From the NCBI GenBank assembly GCA_944391565.1, contig CALXUB010000004.1, forward strand, positions 46,180 through 110,179: DNA of 64,000 bases, written 5' to 3'. The notes under the pieces were generated by a model. The model saw only the letters and a program-made list of their open reading frames with translations, did no database searches and was not told the origin of the DNA. This stretch comes from an uncultured Alphaproteobacteria bacterium. GTDB taxonomy: Bacteria; Pseudomonadota; Alphaproteobacteria; CAAHEQ01; UBA3637. Positions 36,096 to 49,966 of this stretch are shown piece by piece. The stretch's first letter is position 1. Every line of letters starts with the position of its first letter. A program made the translations under genes and the position numbers.

Positions 36096-38906
36096 TTAAA
36101 AGCTTTCCTTCATTTGTCTAAACTCCAAGGGAACATGGTAGGAAGTTTTCGGAACGGTGACAAAAGAACTTAACGGACTTGCAATATTAAAACGGATGGT
36201 TGTCCGCCGGCGATTTTGAACATTTTTATTCTCGGCGATTAACAAGAAATCCGTTGTTCCGTCTGCTAATTCGTTTAACATCAATGTTGCTTTGCGGAAC
36301 GGTAAGTTTTTTAAAACTTCCAGGTTCTTGTTCGGATAAACAGCAGGCGTGTAAGCGATCATGCCTTCTCCTGGGATATCTAACTGCAAGCTTTTTAAAG
36401 AAAAATGATCGCCTTCCAGCTGTAAAGTATATTCCAACGTTCCAAAACCGGTCGCTTTTAAATTTTTGATTTTGACATTTGAAAGTAAATCTTCCACAGG
36501 CGTTGGTTTTGCTTTAAATGTAAAGGTGAAAATCGGTGCTTGGTAAATCAGCCAAGTCGGGTCAATACGCATAAAGCGACCGGCCATGGTGACGTCCAGC
36601 TGGGAAATATTGAATTGGCGTCTGGAAGAATCAAAGTAAAATTGTGCTTGAATATCCCGCATTGGCAAAACGGCTTCGACCGCTTCGGCAAAGGCTGTTT
36701 GAACACCTTGTGTTCCGAAGGGGATCAATGAGCTCATGGTAATAACAGTGTTCAGGTTTGTCACATGAGCATTACCATAGTCAAATGATACATTTTCCAA
36801 CATCATTTTTAGCGGCCCGGAAACATTACGCTCATTCTTATAATGGATTTGCCCCATAAATGTGACATTGCCGGTTAAATTAGCAAGCGATTCATCAAAT
36901 AGACCTGAGATTTCAGATAAAGACAGAAGTCCTTTTTTAAACGGAATGCTGTTTGTGCTGATGGCTGCTAAAATCTCTCCGCTATAAGGATTATAATATC
37001 CGTTGGCATTGATTGACAGTTGTTTATTCAGTGTGTCGGCCTGCAATTTAAAATATTGTTCCGTATCCATGTAGAAATCAATGGATACCGGTTGTTTTAA
37101 CAATGTCACTTTTTCCAAACTAAGCAAAGGCGATTGGATGTTCAGTGATGTGCCGATTGCTGTAGATTGAACTTGAACTGTTGCACGTTCAAACTTTAAA
37201 GCATCATCCAGGTAGGATACGTTTTCACCGTCAATCGACAAGGTTCCTTTTTTGTCGTTAAAATTATAATTCCCACGGATAACCGTATTTCCCAACACAA
37301 GCCGTAAATCGGATGATTCTTGATTCTTCGGCGTCTTACGCAGGTTGAGTGTCGTGTTTTTTAATAACGATGAGAAGGTGACATTTTGAGCCGTCAGATC
37401 AAATAAGTTTTCTTTATCCGGAGACAATGTCAAACGCATCGGGTATAGAATATCGATTTTCGTGTCACCAAATTCTTTTATCGGAGAAAACAAAATTAGG
37501 TCGGAAGGTTTGCTCAGTTTAAAAGTACACTCCTTGACTGAGCAAGATAAGTCCCCGTTCAATGTTGTTTGGATAATTTCTGCCGTCAAAAGTTTGTTTT
37601 GAATATTACTGAGTTTTAAATTGATCGGGGCATTTGTTTTAAAAGAGCGAAAGTCCTTTGCCAAATCAACGTTTTTCAATGTCAGATTCGCTTGGAAAGG
37701 TTTAGGGCTGTCCAGCAACGGAATATCCGCAGTAGCTTCGATATTGAGTTTGCCTGCTTCGGCGGGCAAAACGGAAAGCGTAAAAGTACGTTCCTTCCCT
37801 TCCGTTAAAACAGCCGTATTCAGTGTCAGGCTTTTGACGTTTAAGTTTTGAGTTTTTAACGTGGCCGTTGCATTGATGGTCAACGCAGGCTGCTCAGGTA
37901 AGGTTAAGCGTCCTTTTTCAATTTTGACGACCCATGTTGTTTCTCGAGCACCTACCTGCGTGTCCAAAGACGCCTCCGCTTGCAGGTATTGATTTTGGAT
38001 GGTAAAAGGAATTAAAAAATGCTGTGTCGTTGCCAATTCACCGATTCCCGTGAAGTTGATCGGCAGTTGGTATTCGTTGTTGCCGATAAACAACTTGGCG
38101 TTTTTCATTTGCAGCGATTGAATTTTAAAAGGCGGATTGCGATCTAATATGCCGAGTTTCCAAAAAAGGGAAGCGACCTCTTTGACGTTAAATCCGGCTT
38201 CTTTGTTATCTTCAATTTTGATTTCCAATCCGTCAACGTCAACCAAGGTAATTCGGCGTTTCAACAAATCTGCAAAAGAGTATTGCAACCGAATATTTTT
38301 GATTTTGAAGGTTCCGTTTTTGTCTGCGATGTTATTCAATGTGATTTGAGACAGATCATGAGAAACGACCGTAAAGGAAACATTTTGAAGCCCTTTTGAA
38401 TCCAAATAGCTCCTTAAAATGGGAGTGAAGGCAAAATAAATTGTCAAAAATGCAGCAAAAAAGGCGATACCACCCAAATAAATACCGGTTAAAACAAGCC
38501 CCCACGCAATCTGAAGCGTTCGCTTTAGTAAAGGATATTTATTAAGGTAGGCAATTAACTTTTTATCCCAATGAAGGAATATTTTTTTATCAAAATGAAA
38601 ATCAAAGTCAAACAGCGGTTTTTTCTCAGGTTCCGGTTTCGGTTCGGATTCCATGATTTGATCAATCAAGGATTGCTTTTCCAGCAAATCGTTTTCCGTA
38701 AAATGTTGTGACGTATGAACGGGCATGGATGGAATAGGATTGGCGGGCGAAGGAATGGGATTGGCCGGAGAGGGAGGGACATTTCCCGTAAAGCTGTGCG
38801 ATTTAGGCGGACCTGCATAGTCTCCTTTAGGCGCTGTCGGCTTGTTATTTGTTGTCTGAACCATTTGTTTCCCCGTTTTATTTGTTTTCTTTTCTATTCT
38901 AAACAA
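36096..38906 (-). CDS. AsmA/TamB-like large periplasmic beta-rich protein with N-terminal TM anchor (936 aa)
   Basis: The N-terminus is cytoplasmic and Pro-rich, followed by a TM helix (LVLTGIYLGGIAFFAAFLTIYFAF). The ~750-aa periplasmic region is rich in N/T/S/L with beta-strand-like repeats, typical of AsmA-family proteins. The assignment rests on architecture. Confidence 0.45.
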   Translation of the reverse strand: MFRIEKKTNKTGKQMVQTTNNKPTAPKGDYAGPPKSHSFTGNVPPSPANPIPSPANPIPSMPVHTSQHFTENDLLEKQSLIDQIMESEPKPEPEKKPLFDFDFHFDKKIFLHWDKKLIAYLNKYPLLKRTLQIAWGLVLTGIYLGGIAFFAAFLTIYFAFTPILRSYLDSKGLQNVSFTVVSHDLSQITLNNIADKNGTFKIKNIRLQYSFADLLKRRITLVDVDGLEIKIEDNKEAGFNVKEVASLFWKLGILDRNPPFKIQSLQMKNAKLFIGNNEYQLPINFTGIGELATTQHFLIPFTIQNQYLQAEASLDTQVGARETTWVVKIEKGRLTLPEQPALTINATATLKTQNLNVKSLTLNTAVLTEGKERTFTLSVLPAEAGKLNIEATADIPLLDSPKPFQANLTLKNVDLAKDFRSFKTNAPINLKLSNIQNKLLTAEIIQTTLNGDLSCSVKECTFKLSKPSDLILFSPIKEFGDTKIDILYPMRLTLSPDKENLFDLTAQNVTFSSLLKNTTLNLRKTPKNQESSDLRLVLGNTVIRGNYNFNDKKGTLSIDGENVSYLDDALKFERATVQVQSTAIGTSLNIQSPLLSLEKVTLLKQPVSIDFYMDTEQYFKLQADTLNKQLSINANGYYNPYSGEILAAISTNSIPFKKGLLSLSEISGLFDESLANLTGNVTFMGQIHYKNERNVSGPLKMMLENVSFDYGNAHVTNLNTVITMSSLIPFGTQGVQTAFAEAVEAVLPMRDIQAQFYFDSSRRQFNISQLDVTMAGRFMRIDPTWLIYQAPIFTFTFKAKPTPVEDLLSNVKIKNLKATGFGTLEYTLQLEGDHFSLKSLQLDIPGEGMIAYTPAVYPNKNLEVLKNLPFRKATLMLNELADGTTDFLLIAENKNVQNRRRTTIRFNIASPLSSFVTVPKTSYHVPLEFRQMKESF

Positions 38907-38909
38907 TCT

Positions 38910-42649
<3,740 letters not shown>

Positions 42650-43412
42650 CTAGGAAACTCCATTTTTCTGTAAAAGACGATAAGCTTTTCGATACCATTT
42701 CGAGGAAGGATAATTGTAGCCCAGGACGGCGGCTGATCGTTTCGCTTCTTCTTTCAAACCCAAAGCCAAATAGCCGGCTGTCAGGCGGTAAAGTGCTTCT
42801 TCAATATGCATTGTGGTTTGATAATTGCGGACAACATCGGCAAATCGGTTAATGGCGGCGCCGTATTTCTTTTGCTTTAAATAATAACGGCCGATGTCCA
42901 TTTCTTTTCCGCCCAAATGGTTGTGGGTTAAAACCAACTTGTTTTTCACATCTTTGGCATAGGGCGTGTTCGGATAAAGCACAATCAGCCGGTTAAAAGT
43001 TTCCATAGCCATTTGTGTCATATCCTGATCACGTTCCACGTCCGAAATTTGTTCATAATAAGACATGCCTTTTAAATATTGGGCATAAGGCGCATATTTA
43101 TTGCCGGGATGGAGTTGTAAAAAACGGTTAATCGCCAAAACGGCATCGGTGTATTCAGCGTTTTTATAATACATGTAAGCCGACATAATTTGTGCTTTGG
43201 CTGCCCAAGGGGAATAAGGATGTTGCCGTTCAACCTCATCAAAGTATTTAACGGCTTCTTTGTATTCATTTTCTTCGGCATAATCCATGGCTTTGTTATA
43301 AAGTTCAGCCACACTTTTATCTTCCATGACTTTATTTTTATGACCGGAGCAGCCGACGGCTAACGCCAGCAAGAAAATCAATATAAAGCCTTTTTTTATT
43401 AAACAACGCATG
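42650..43412 (-). CDS. bamD: Outer membrane protein assembly factor BamD (lipoprotein, TPR)
   Basis: The likely start is the ATG at 43412, giving MRCLIKKGFILIFLLALAVGCSG with a lipobox. TPR-like repeats are present (ELYNKAMDYAEENEYKEAVKYF; AQYLKGMSYY). The bamD-recN-ligA order is typical of alphaproteobacteria. Confidence 0.75.
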
Positions 43413-43485
43413 CGTTTATCTTCCTTTGTTTTTCTTTTTAAAGAAACTATACCACACTTCGGACAAAGAGAAAGCAAAAAATGTA

Positions 43486-44751
43486 TCAGAACATGTTTTT
43501 TCTGGGTGCGATCGCCAGACAAGGAATGGATTGATCGCTTAAGATTTTACAGGCTGCTTCGGCGTCTTCTTTTGTTTCAAAACCGGATAAGCGGGAACGA
43601 AACAGATTTTGATGCGCCGATACCTGAACGGTGTTTGTTCGGACGTGAAGAAGTGTTTGAGCCGTTGTTGCCTGTTGTAAAGCTTTATCCTTGTTTTGGA
43701 ACGCACCGACTTGAATAGACCATTCAGCCGGCGAATAGTCACCTTGTTCAATTAAAACCGTGTCATCTGCAATGGCAAACGAGGGAATGGACGCCAGCAG
43801 TGTTTGATTTCCTTCTGCCGTTAAACGGTTGACCTTTTCTTTACATTGCGCAATACTTGCCACGATAACAGGGTCGTATGTATCTCGGTGTTGCTTGGAA
43901 ATATAGGCTTTTTTGAAAAAAGGATTATCTCCGTGGCGAGCCAGTTCTGCTTGTTTTTTCTTGACTTTTGCGAATCCGTTGTCCAACAGGACACGCATTT
44001 GACTGTCTCGTTTTTGCGCGGTTTTTTGGCCGATAACAACGCCGACCAAGGTCCGATTATCCCGTTTGGCTGTTGAAATAACGTTATAACCGACGGCAGA
44101 GACAAAGCCGGTTTTAAAACCTTCGGCACCTTTATAATACAACAAAATGTTGTTATGAGAATAATACGTCTTGCCTCCGAATTTAAAAGATTTTGTTGAA
44201 AACAAGGGATAATACTGCGGGAAATGGTTAATCATGGCAATGGATAAAACAGCCATGTCTTTGGCCGTTGTCCATTGTTCGGGGTGATGCAAACCCGAAG
44301 CGTTTTTAAACTGCGTGTGCGTTAAACCTAAGTCTTTGGCAAACGCCGTCATCATTTCTGCAAATTCTTCTTCACTCGGAGCTAAAGCTTCGGCCAAAAC
44401 AACGGCAACATCATTGGCCGATTTGACAATCAGAGCTAAAACAGCTTCACGCACCGTCATGACTGAGCCTGCTTTAACGCCTAACTTAGAAGGCGGTTGG
44501 CGTGCCGCATGTTTCGACACGGGAATCAAATCATCCATTTTTAAAAGCCCTTTTTCCAACGCGTCAAAGGTAATGTAAAGCGTCATGATTTTGGTTAAAG
44601 AAGCCGGGTACTGTTTGGCATCGGCATTCTGCGCTTGAAGAATATACCCGCTTTGAACATCCGCAATCAGAGTCGATGGTGCGGCTTTTGCCGTGCCGAA
44701 ACACAGACAACTTAAAACAACAGCCACACTCAAACTTTTCCAAAAATGCAC
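43486..44751 (-). CDS. D-alanyl-D-alanine carboxypeptidase (PBP5/6 family) with C-terminal SPOR domain
   Basis: It has a signal peptide and the SxxK motif ASLTK. A C-terminal SPOR domain is present (EWSIQVGAFQNKDKALQQA...FRSRLSGFETKEDAEAACKIL). Confidence 0.8.
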   Translation of the reverse strand: MHFWKSLSVAVVLSCLCFGTAKAAPSTLIADVQSGYILQAQNADAKQYPASLTKIMTLYITFDALEKGLLKMDDLIPVSKHAARQPPSKLGVKAGSVMTVREAVLALIVKSANDVAVVLAEALAPSEEEFAEMMTAFAKDLGLTHTQFKNASGLHHPEQWTTAKDMAVLSIAMINHFPQYYPLFSTKSFKFGGKTYYSHNNILLYYKGAEGFKTGFVSAVGYNVISTAKRDNRTLVGVVIGQKTAQKRDSQMRVLLDNGFAKVKKKQAELARHGDNPFFKKAYISKQHRDTYDPVIVASIAQCKEKVNRLTAEGNQTLLASIPSFAIADDTVLIEQGDYSPAEWSIQVGAFQNKDKALQQATTAQTLLHVRTNTVQVSAHQNLFRSRLSGFETKEDAEAACKILSDQSIPCLAIAPRKNMF

Positions 44752-44842
44752 GATTGAACCTCTTTATAAAAGCTTTTTTCATTGTGTCAAATAAAGGTTA
44801 ACGATTCGTTTATGCTCTTTTATCTTCTTTTATCAAAAAAGA

Positions 44843-44872
44843 TTGACAAAAAAATTTTTTTTCTGATATAAT
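44843..44872 (+). promoter_or_regulatory. Near-consensus sigma70 promoter
   Basis: TTGACA at 44843-48, an 18-bp spacer and TATAAT at 44867-72 lie ~40 bp upstream of the ATG at 44911. Confidence 0.65.
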
Positions 44873-44910
44873 TTCCCATGCAATAATGAAATATTAATAA
44901 AGAGGGAACG

Positions 44911-46377
44911 ATGAATAACTCAGAAAAATGGACTTATCAGGCTTATAAAAAAGTCATGGAAGGTGAAGATGGATTTCAAAAGTTTTTGGCTTTAAAAGAT
45001 ATTTATTCTAAGCCGGAACTGTATGGGGATGTTGTTTTGGGGGCCATCGAAGCAAATGATACCTCTTTACTTGTTTCTTTTTTGAGCAATCAAATGATTG
45101 AAACAATTTATCAAACAACCCCCTCGCCGAAAGCCAGTTTTCTCAGTGAGATCTTGGCACAGGGGAAATTAAACATATTTCGGGATATTTTCAGCTTTAA
45201 AAGTTTTTATCCGCAAGAAATTGCTCAGTTAAAAGTATTGGATAAAGCCTTGCAAAATTCAAAGGAAAAGAGAAAATATTTCTATAAGTATTTCGAGGAT
45301 TTCTATTGGGCTGAAAGTCAAATTCACAAAGCGATCAAAGGATTGACCAATTATTCCGTTAAGATACAGACTCCCAAGCTTCTTCGCGTTTCGGAAACAG
45401 GGACCTATCCGCCGGTTGTTTTCGCATCTACCGCATCTCAGACTTATCGGTTTGAAGGCCTGGATCCGGCTTGTGTTCGTGAAAAAGGTGCCTCTGGTGT
45501 TTTGTTTGAGGCGTTTGAACGGATGGAACCCGATTTATCTTATTTAATTGACAAGGATGAAGTATTGAGTGCCGGGCGGTTGGAAACACTCAAGCGTGAA
45601 GTCAGAGAAATGGAAATTGATGATTTTTACAACACGTTTGAGGAGGATATTCCCAAGCTGGAACAGTTAATGGATTTAACGGAAAATTTCTTGCAAAAAC
45701 CGGAAGGCGTTTTGCTGCGGCATTTTATGGATAAAGGGGGCTTTTTTGTGCTTTCTCAGGATGAGGGGCAGGGGGTGCGCGGGATGAGCGCAGGGGGTGT
45801 CTTAATGATGAAAAATGTTCAGGAAAGTACTTTTTATCATGAACTCATCCATGAAATTGAAAAAGAAAAGAAACAAATTTCCGCTTCACCATTGATGAAT
45901 AAAGTTTACGATTATGTTGATTTTAACTCGGAAACACAGAAAGAGGGACCTTTTTCAAACTTTTGGAATGAAATGCTCTGTTTCAAAAAATACTATAATA
46001 GAATGGATAAAAACAAACGCTCGTTTCAATCCGAGATAGTGCCTTTTATGGCATCGCTTTTAAAAGAAAATGTCGAAATGCCTCAGTTGGCTAAGACTTT
46101 GTTGAAATATGTGACCTGTTATGCGAAAGCATGCGTCGAAAAAAATGTTGAGCGTCAAGCCTATTTGGAAAAAGCTCTCGAACGCACGGACATTGATATA
46201 ACCAAATCAGGTGACAAGATGACTTGTTATTTGGAGGACGTCATGAAAAATACCGTGCGTTCTCAGAATGCTTACCGTAATCATTCGCCTGAGAATGATT
46301 TTTCCGATGCTTTGAGAAAACTTCGTCGGGAAAAGTCGTTATTTGAGATTTTGTTTGAAAAGGAACGGAGCCGTTAA
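44911..46377 (+). CDS. Hypothetical protein with HExxH zinc-metallopeptidase-like motif (488 aa)
   Basis: The FYHELIHEIEKEK motif contains HELIH (HExxH). The protein is charged, Lys/Glu-rich and cytoplasmic-looking. I recognise no family. Confidence 0.4.
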   Translation: MNNSEKWTYQAYKKVMEGEDGFQKFLALKDIYSKPELYGDVVLGAIEANDTSLLVSFLSNQMIETIYQTTPSPKASFLSEILAQGKLNIFRDIFSFKSFYPQEIAQLKVLDKALQNSKEKRKYFYKYFEDFYWAESQIHKAIKGLTNYSVKIQTPKLLRVSETGTYPPVVFASTASQTYRFEGLDPACVREKGASGVLFEAFERMEPDLSYLIDKDEVLSAGRLETLKREVREMEIDDFYNTFEEDIPKLEQLMDLTENFLQKPEGVLLRHFMDKGGFFVLSQDEGQGVRGMSAGGVLMMKNVQESTFYHELIHEIEKEKKQISASPLMNKVYDYVDFNSETQKEGPFSNFWNEMLCFKKYYNRMDKNKRSFQSEIVPFMASLLKENVEMPQLAKTLLKYVTCYAKACVEKNVERQAYLEKALERTDIDITKSGDKMTCYLEDVMKNTVRSQNAYRNHSPENDFSDALRKLRREKSLFEILFEKERSR

Positions 46378-47435
46378 GATCGGCTCTGCCCTTCCCGTAA
46401 AAGAGCTGGCAGGGGGTCTTCTGGCTGGCCGTTTAAAAATACATCTATCCGTTTTTGGGCGTTGGCTTCAATATTGCGGTAGAAAATAGAAACATCTCCT
46501 GTATGATAAACATGGGTTCCCAAGTATTCATTTTCATACAGTTCGGGGGTAGGCGGGTTGACAATCAACGCTCCGTTTTCGGGATTTAATACAGCGCCGA
46601 TTAAATGCGGTTTTTCTTCTTTGATATTGCCGTTCTGGTCGAAATAAGCCGTTCCCAGATTTAACTCGGCTTCGGCCGGCGTTGCATCCGTTTTCCAATT
46701 CAAAGGATTGATACCCGGTGTTCCCGGCAAAGCAAACAAATCGTCGATCGCATCGGCGGCCTGCGTGTTCCAAGTGATGATAACTCCCGTGTCTGTTTCA
46801 CCTTTGGCAAATTTGAGCCACGGATATTTTTGTAAGTCACCGTTCATACCGGGACCTCCGATTAAATAAGCCGCTACCATTTTTTTTGCAAAAGGCTGAT
46901 CGAATTTTTCCTTCATCAGATTAAACAAAGCCATGGCACCTTGACTATGACCGAACAAGATAAAAGGACGACCTTGATTTAAATAATCCAGGTAGTATTG
47001 AAAAGCATCCTCCACATCGTCAAATCCGACTTTCATCGGCCCGGGAGCGTTCCCGGCCCGAAGTGCTGTTAAGGCAGTGTTTAGTTCCGTTTGTCGATAA
47101 AAAGGCGCATAAATGTTGGCAAAGTCTTTCATCGTACCGGTATTCATTTTGATGTTCAACAAAGCGGCCAGTCGTTGATCTTCCTGAGTGTGCCAATTCA
47201 TATAAGGACGGTTTTCATCGACGTATATTGTCGGATAAACATAAAAAACATCGACTTTTTTATCTGGTTTCGGTGGAAGCTGAGCCCAGTTGTCCGGCTC
47301 GGCATAATTGATTTTTTGAATTTGTAAAATAGCAGGTGTAGGAAGCGATGCAGTCGGTTGCTGAGCAGCCATGACAGCAGGAGCCAACATTAAAAAAAAC
47401 AAAAGAAGTAATTTTTTCATACGCATTCCTTTCAT
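46374..47435 (-). CDS. Secreted alpha/beta-hydrolase (lipase/esterase-like, GHSQG nucleophile elbow)
   Basis: It has a signal peptide (MKKLLLLFFLMLAPAVMAAQQ). The FILFGHSQGAMALFNLM motif is a GxSxG nucleophile elbow. Confidence 0.6.
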   Translation of the reverse strand: MKGMRMKKLLLLFFLMLAPAVMAAQQPTASLPTPAILQIQKINYAEPDNWAQLPPKPDKKVDVFYVYPTIYVDENRPYMNWHTQEDQRLAALLNIKMNTGTMKDFANIYAPFYRQTELNTALTALRAGNAPGPMKVGFDDVEDAFQYYLDYLNQGRPFILFGHSQGAMALFNLMKEKFDQPFAKKMVAAYLIGGPGMNGDLQKYPWLKFAKGETDTGVIITWNTQAADAIDDLFALPGTPGINPLNWKTDATPAEAELNLGTAYFDQNGNIKEEKPHLIGAVLNPENGALIVNPPTPELYENEYLGTHVYHTGDVSIFYRNIEANAQKRIDVFLNGQPEDPLPALLREGQSRS

Positions 47436-47520
47436 GTTATTCGATTAAAAATCAATGAGCTTGTATCTAGATAAACTTTCTTTCATCATAAAAAAGAACA
47501 CAGGAAAGTCAACTCAAAAA

Positions 47521-49422
47521 TCACCGGCACAAAGCTCTTAGGTTTGTGTAATAAAACGATTTATGTCCGACGCGTCCGCTGTCTAAGAACACATAATTTT
47601 TCGCACAAGTGTTGGAGGAAGTTGTATCCGTCCATGCCATTATACTGTCGGAGGTTGTTCCGGTTAAATGAGCACAAGCATTATCCACGCCTTCTTCGCC
47701 ATTCCAGTTCGGGCAAGCTTCGGACATGGTCACTAATCGCATGCCTTTGCTTTCACAAAAGTTTTTAGCACTCCAATAATACATGTAATCATTCTCCGAA
47801 AGCAGGTACTGGCTTCCATCGGCAGCCGTTATGAAAGTTCCTTCGGCTTTCTGACATGTGCCGGTTCCCTCGACTGTCGCGTGACAATAGGAACTCCCCG
47901 GATAGCTGGTATATTGACAATAATAACCTGACTCATCATGACAATCACTTTGAGAGGTACAGGACATATCTTTCAATGGCAAACATTGTTCGTTTTCTTC
48001 ATCCTGCCAATATCCTTCGTCGCAGATAAAGTTCACTCCGTCACACGTCGCATGTGCAGGACAAGGTGTGCAAAATTCACCGGACAAATATTCATCATTT
48101 TGACAGGCATAGCGGCCGTCGTCTAAACAAAGGGCTTGTAAATTGCTGTAAAAATAGGGTTTGTGACCAACTCTGCCACTATCCAAATAAACGTAATATT
48201 TGGCGCAGTCATTAGCGTTTGAGCTTGTCCAACCCATGACGGCTGATGAATAAGCATTCGTCAGGTTCTGACATGCTCCGTCAACGCCTTCCGTTCCTGA
48301 CCAATTCGGACAAGCCTCTTCAATACGAGCCAAAGCCAGTCCTTTGCTCGCGCAGAAATTTTTGGCAGACCAATAGAACATATAGCTGGATTGAGAGAGT
48401 AAATAACGTTGTCCGTTTTTACCAATGACAATCACTCCATTATTTTTTTTACAAATGCCATCTCCTTCTACTTCTTCATTACAATAAGTCGCACCGGGAG
48501 CATAATTTTGCATTTCACAATAAGTATCTGCTTCGCTGCAATCATTTTGTGCAGAACAATAATTTTTATCGACGCAGCCATCTTGTGCGGAGTTTATTTT
48601 GTATCCTTCTAAACAGGTGAAAGTCATCCCATTGCAAGAAGCATGTTCTGGACAAGGAGTACATATGTTATTCTGTAAATATTGTTCGTTTGAACAAATG
48701 CATAATCCATTTGAACAAATGCCAATTTCGTTTTCTTCACGAATGCACGGCTCTCCATCGGATAAGGCAACACAAACAGCACATCCCTTTGAATCTATTT
48801 TTATTTTTTCACATGGTGTGCAAAGTAAATCGATGCTTTGATTATCGCAAATGGTGCATATTCCATTAGAACAGTATCCTTCTTCACCATGTTCTGTGAA
48901 ACAAGCTGTCGCCGAAGGATTAGGAATACATTGCCCATTGCTGCAAGTTTCACAAGAAGTGCACTCTTCGCTGCATTCTTCCGATGGAATTTCATCATTG
49001 TTGAAAGAAAAAATAAAATGAAGAGTACTTTCTGTTGGACAATTTGTTTCATCGGGTTGATTGTTAATAAAAATTTCTTGGATAGGAGTATGTTTATTAT
49101 TTAATAAACGCTGACATATTCTTTTATCAATTTGTTCAACTTGAACATCAAATCCGTCTTCTAAAATTAGAGTTATAATATTTTTCCCAGATTCTGGAAG
49201 ATAAAGAGGCTTTATAATATCTCCTTGATTTAATCCTTCTCGAGTGACAAGACGTTCAGCCTGTATCATTACATCATTTAAAATTTGATTAGATTCGTGC
49301 CAAGTTAAGGCCATTCTAATGCCTGCAATACTTCCTAAGCTAAGGAGAGCTGCAATCAACAAAACAGACAACAATTCAATCATTGAGCGTCCATAATTTT
49401 GGATATCAGAAAGTCTTTTCAT
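47521..49422 (-). CDS. Type IV pilin/pseudopilin-like protein with large Cys-rich extracellular region containing two EGF-like + C-type-lectin-like repeats (633 aa)
   Basis: The N-terminus is a class III (prepilin) signal, MKRLSDIQNYG|RSMIELLSVLLIAALLSLGSIAGI, with Glu at +5. There are ~60 Cys. Two ~200-aa internal repeats each contain CTPCP[EA]HA[ST]C[ND]G..F.C.EGY and YYWSAKNFC[AE]SKG[LM].L......ACPNW.G.EGVD.AC...W.GL-like lectin elements and SGRVGHK.[FY]YY[ST]NL[QR]ALC. Confidence 0.55.
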   Translation of the reverse strand: MKRLSDIQNYGRSMIELLSVLLIAALLSLGSIAGIRMALTWHESNQILNDVMIQAERLVTREGLNQGDIIKPLYLPESGKNIITLILEDGFDVQVEQIDKRICQRLLNNKHTPIQEIFINNQPDETNCPTESTLHFIFSFNNDEIPSEECSEECTSCETCSNGQCIPNPSATACFTEHGEEGYCSNGICTICDNQSIDLLCTPCEKIKIDSKGCAVCVALSDGEPCIREENEIGICSNGLCICSNEQYLQNNICTPCPEHASCNGMTFTCLEGYKINSAQDGCVDKNYCSAQNDCSEADTYCEMQNYAPGATYCNEEVEGDGICKKNNGVIVIGKNGQRYLLSQSSYMFYWSAKNFCASKGLALARIEEACPNWSGTEGVDGACQNLTNAYSSAVMGWTSSNANDCAKYYVYLDSGRVGHKPYFYSNLQALCLDDGRYACQNDEYLSGEFCTPCPAHATCDGVNFICDEGYWQDEENEQCLPLKDMSCTSQSDCHDESGYYCQYTSYPGSSYCHATVEGTGTCQKAEGTFITAADGSQYLLSENDYMYYWSAKNFCESKGMRLVTMSEACPNWNGEEGVDNACAHLTGTTSDSIMAWTDTTSSNTCAKNYVFLDSGRVGHKSFYYTNLRALCR

Positions 49423-49605
49423 AAATACCTCCTTTTAAAAGATAAAGGAGATTAGAGTTTTGTCAATAAAGTTCATTAAGAGAAGCTATTTTAAAAAAAA
49501 TGTATCATTTAAACATTCAAGTTTGAGTTGATATATTTTATTTGTTTTTTATTAAAATGCATGCTAAAATATACACCTATTTATTTTAAAGAAAGGAATT
49601 AAAAA

Positions 49606-49737
49606 ATGAAAAAATTAGCTTTAACAGCTTGTGGTGGTAGTCGTGGGTATGTTGGAAATCAAAAAGTTTGTGAGAATGATTATTTTCTAGGAGTTATTTC
49701 AATTTCTGAATTATTCTCTCCTTGCACAAAAAAGTAA
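49606..49737 (+). CDS. Small predicted lipopeptide (43 aa)
   Basis: It has an AAAGGA RBS. It encodes MKKLALTACGGSRGYVGNQKVCENDYFLGVISISELFSPCTKK with lipobox LTAC. A hairpin terminator follows. It is below the ORF-track size cutoff. Confidence 0.35.
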   Translation: MKKLALTACGGSRGYVGNQKVCENDYFLGVISISELFSPCTKK

Positions 49738-49750
49738 ATTTGAATAATAC

Positions 49751-49788
49751 GAAAAGACCTTTGCTAAAGTGCAAAGGTCTTTTTTTAT
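49751..49788 (+). terminator. Rho-independent terminator
   Basis: The hairpin AAAGACCTTTGCtaaagtGCAAAGGTCTTT is followed by TTTTTTT. Confidence 0.7.
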
Positions 49789-49913
49789 GTTTTAAAAGTG
49801 TTAATGATATGTAAGTATGTATTTGTGATACATAAAAATAAAAAAACTTTATCTTTATGTACGTCAATGTTGTGGAATAGTATTTAAAGAGACAAAGAAA
49901 ATGAACTTTATAT

Positions 49914-49966
49914 TGGTGGGCGTAAGAGGACTCGAACCTCTGACCTTTACGATGTCAACGTAAACA
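49914..49966 (-). tRNA. 3' fragment (~53 nt: anticodon arm to CCA) of tRNA-Val(GAC); likely prophage att-site remnant, not an intact gene
   Basis: The minus-strand reading is TTTACG-TTGACAT-CGTAAA (anticodon loop with U33 and GAC) / AGGTC / AGAGG-TTCGAGT-CCTCT (T arm) / TACGCCC-A-CCA. No matching 5' acceptor or D arm lies upstream. An integrase gene lies ~550 bp away. Confidence 0.6.

Noticed and set aside
36200-38349. Small + strand ORFs within the AsmA-like gene and similar short ORFs inside ligA/recN (e.g. 38926..39147, 41250..41474)
   Set aside because: They are antisense to long genes with strong family signatures and have no independent support.
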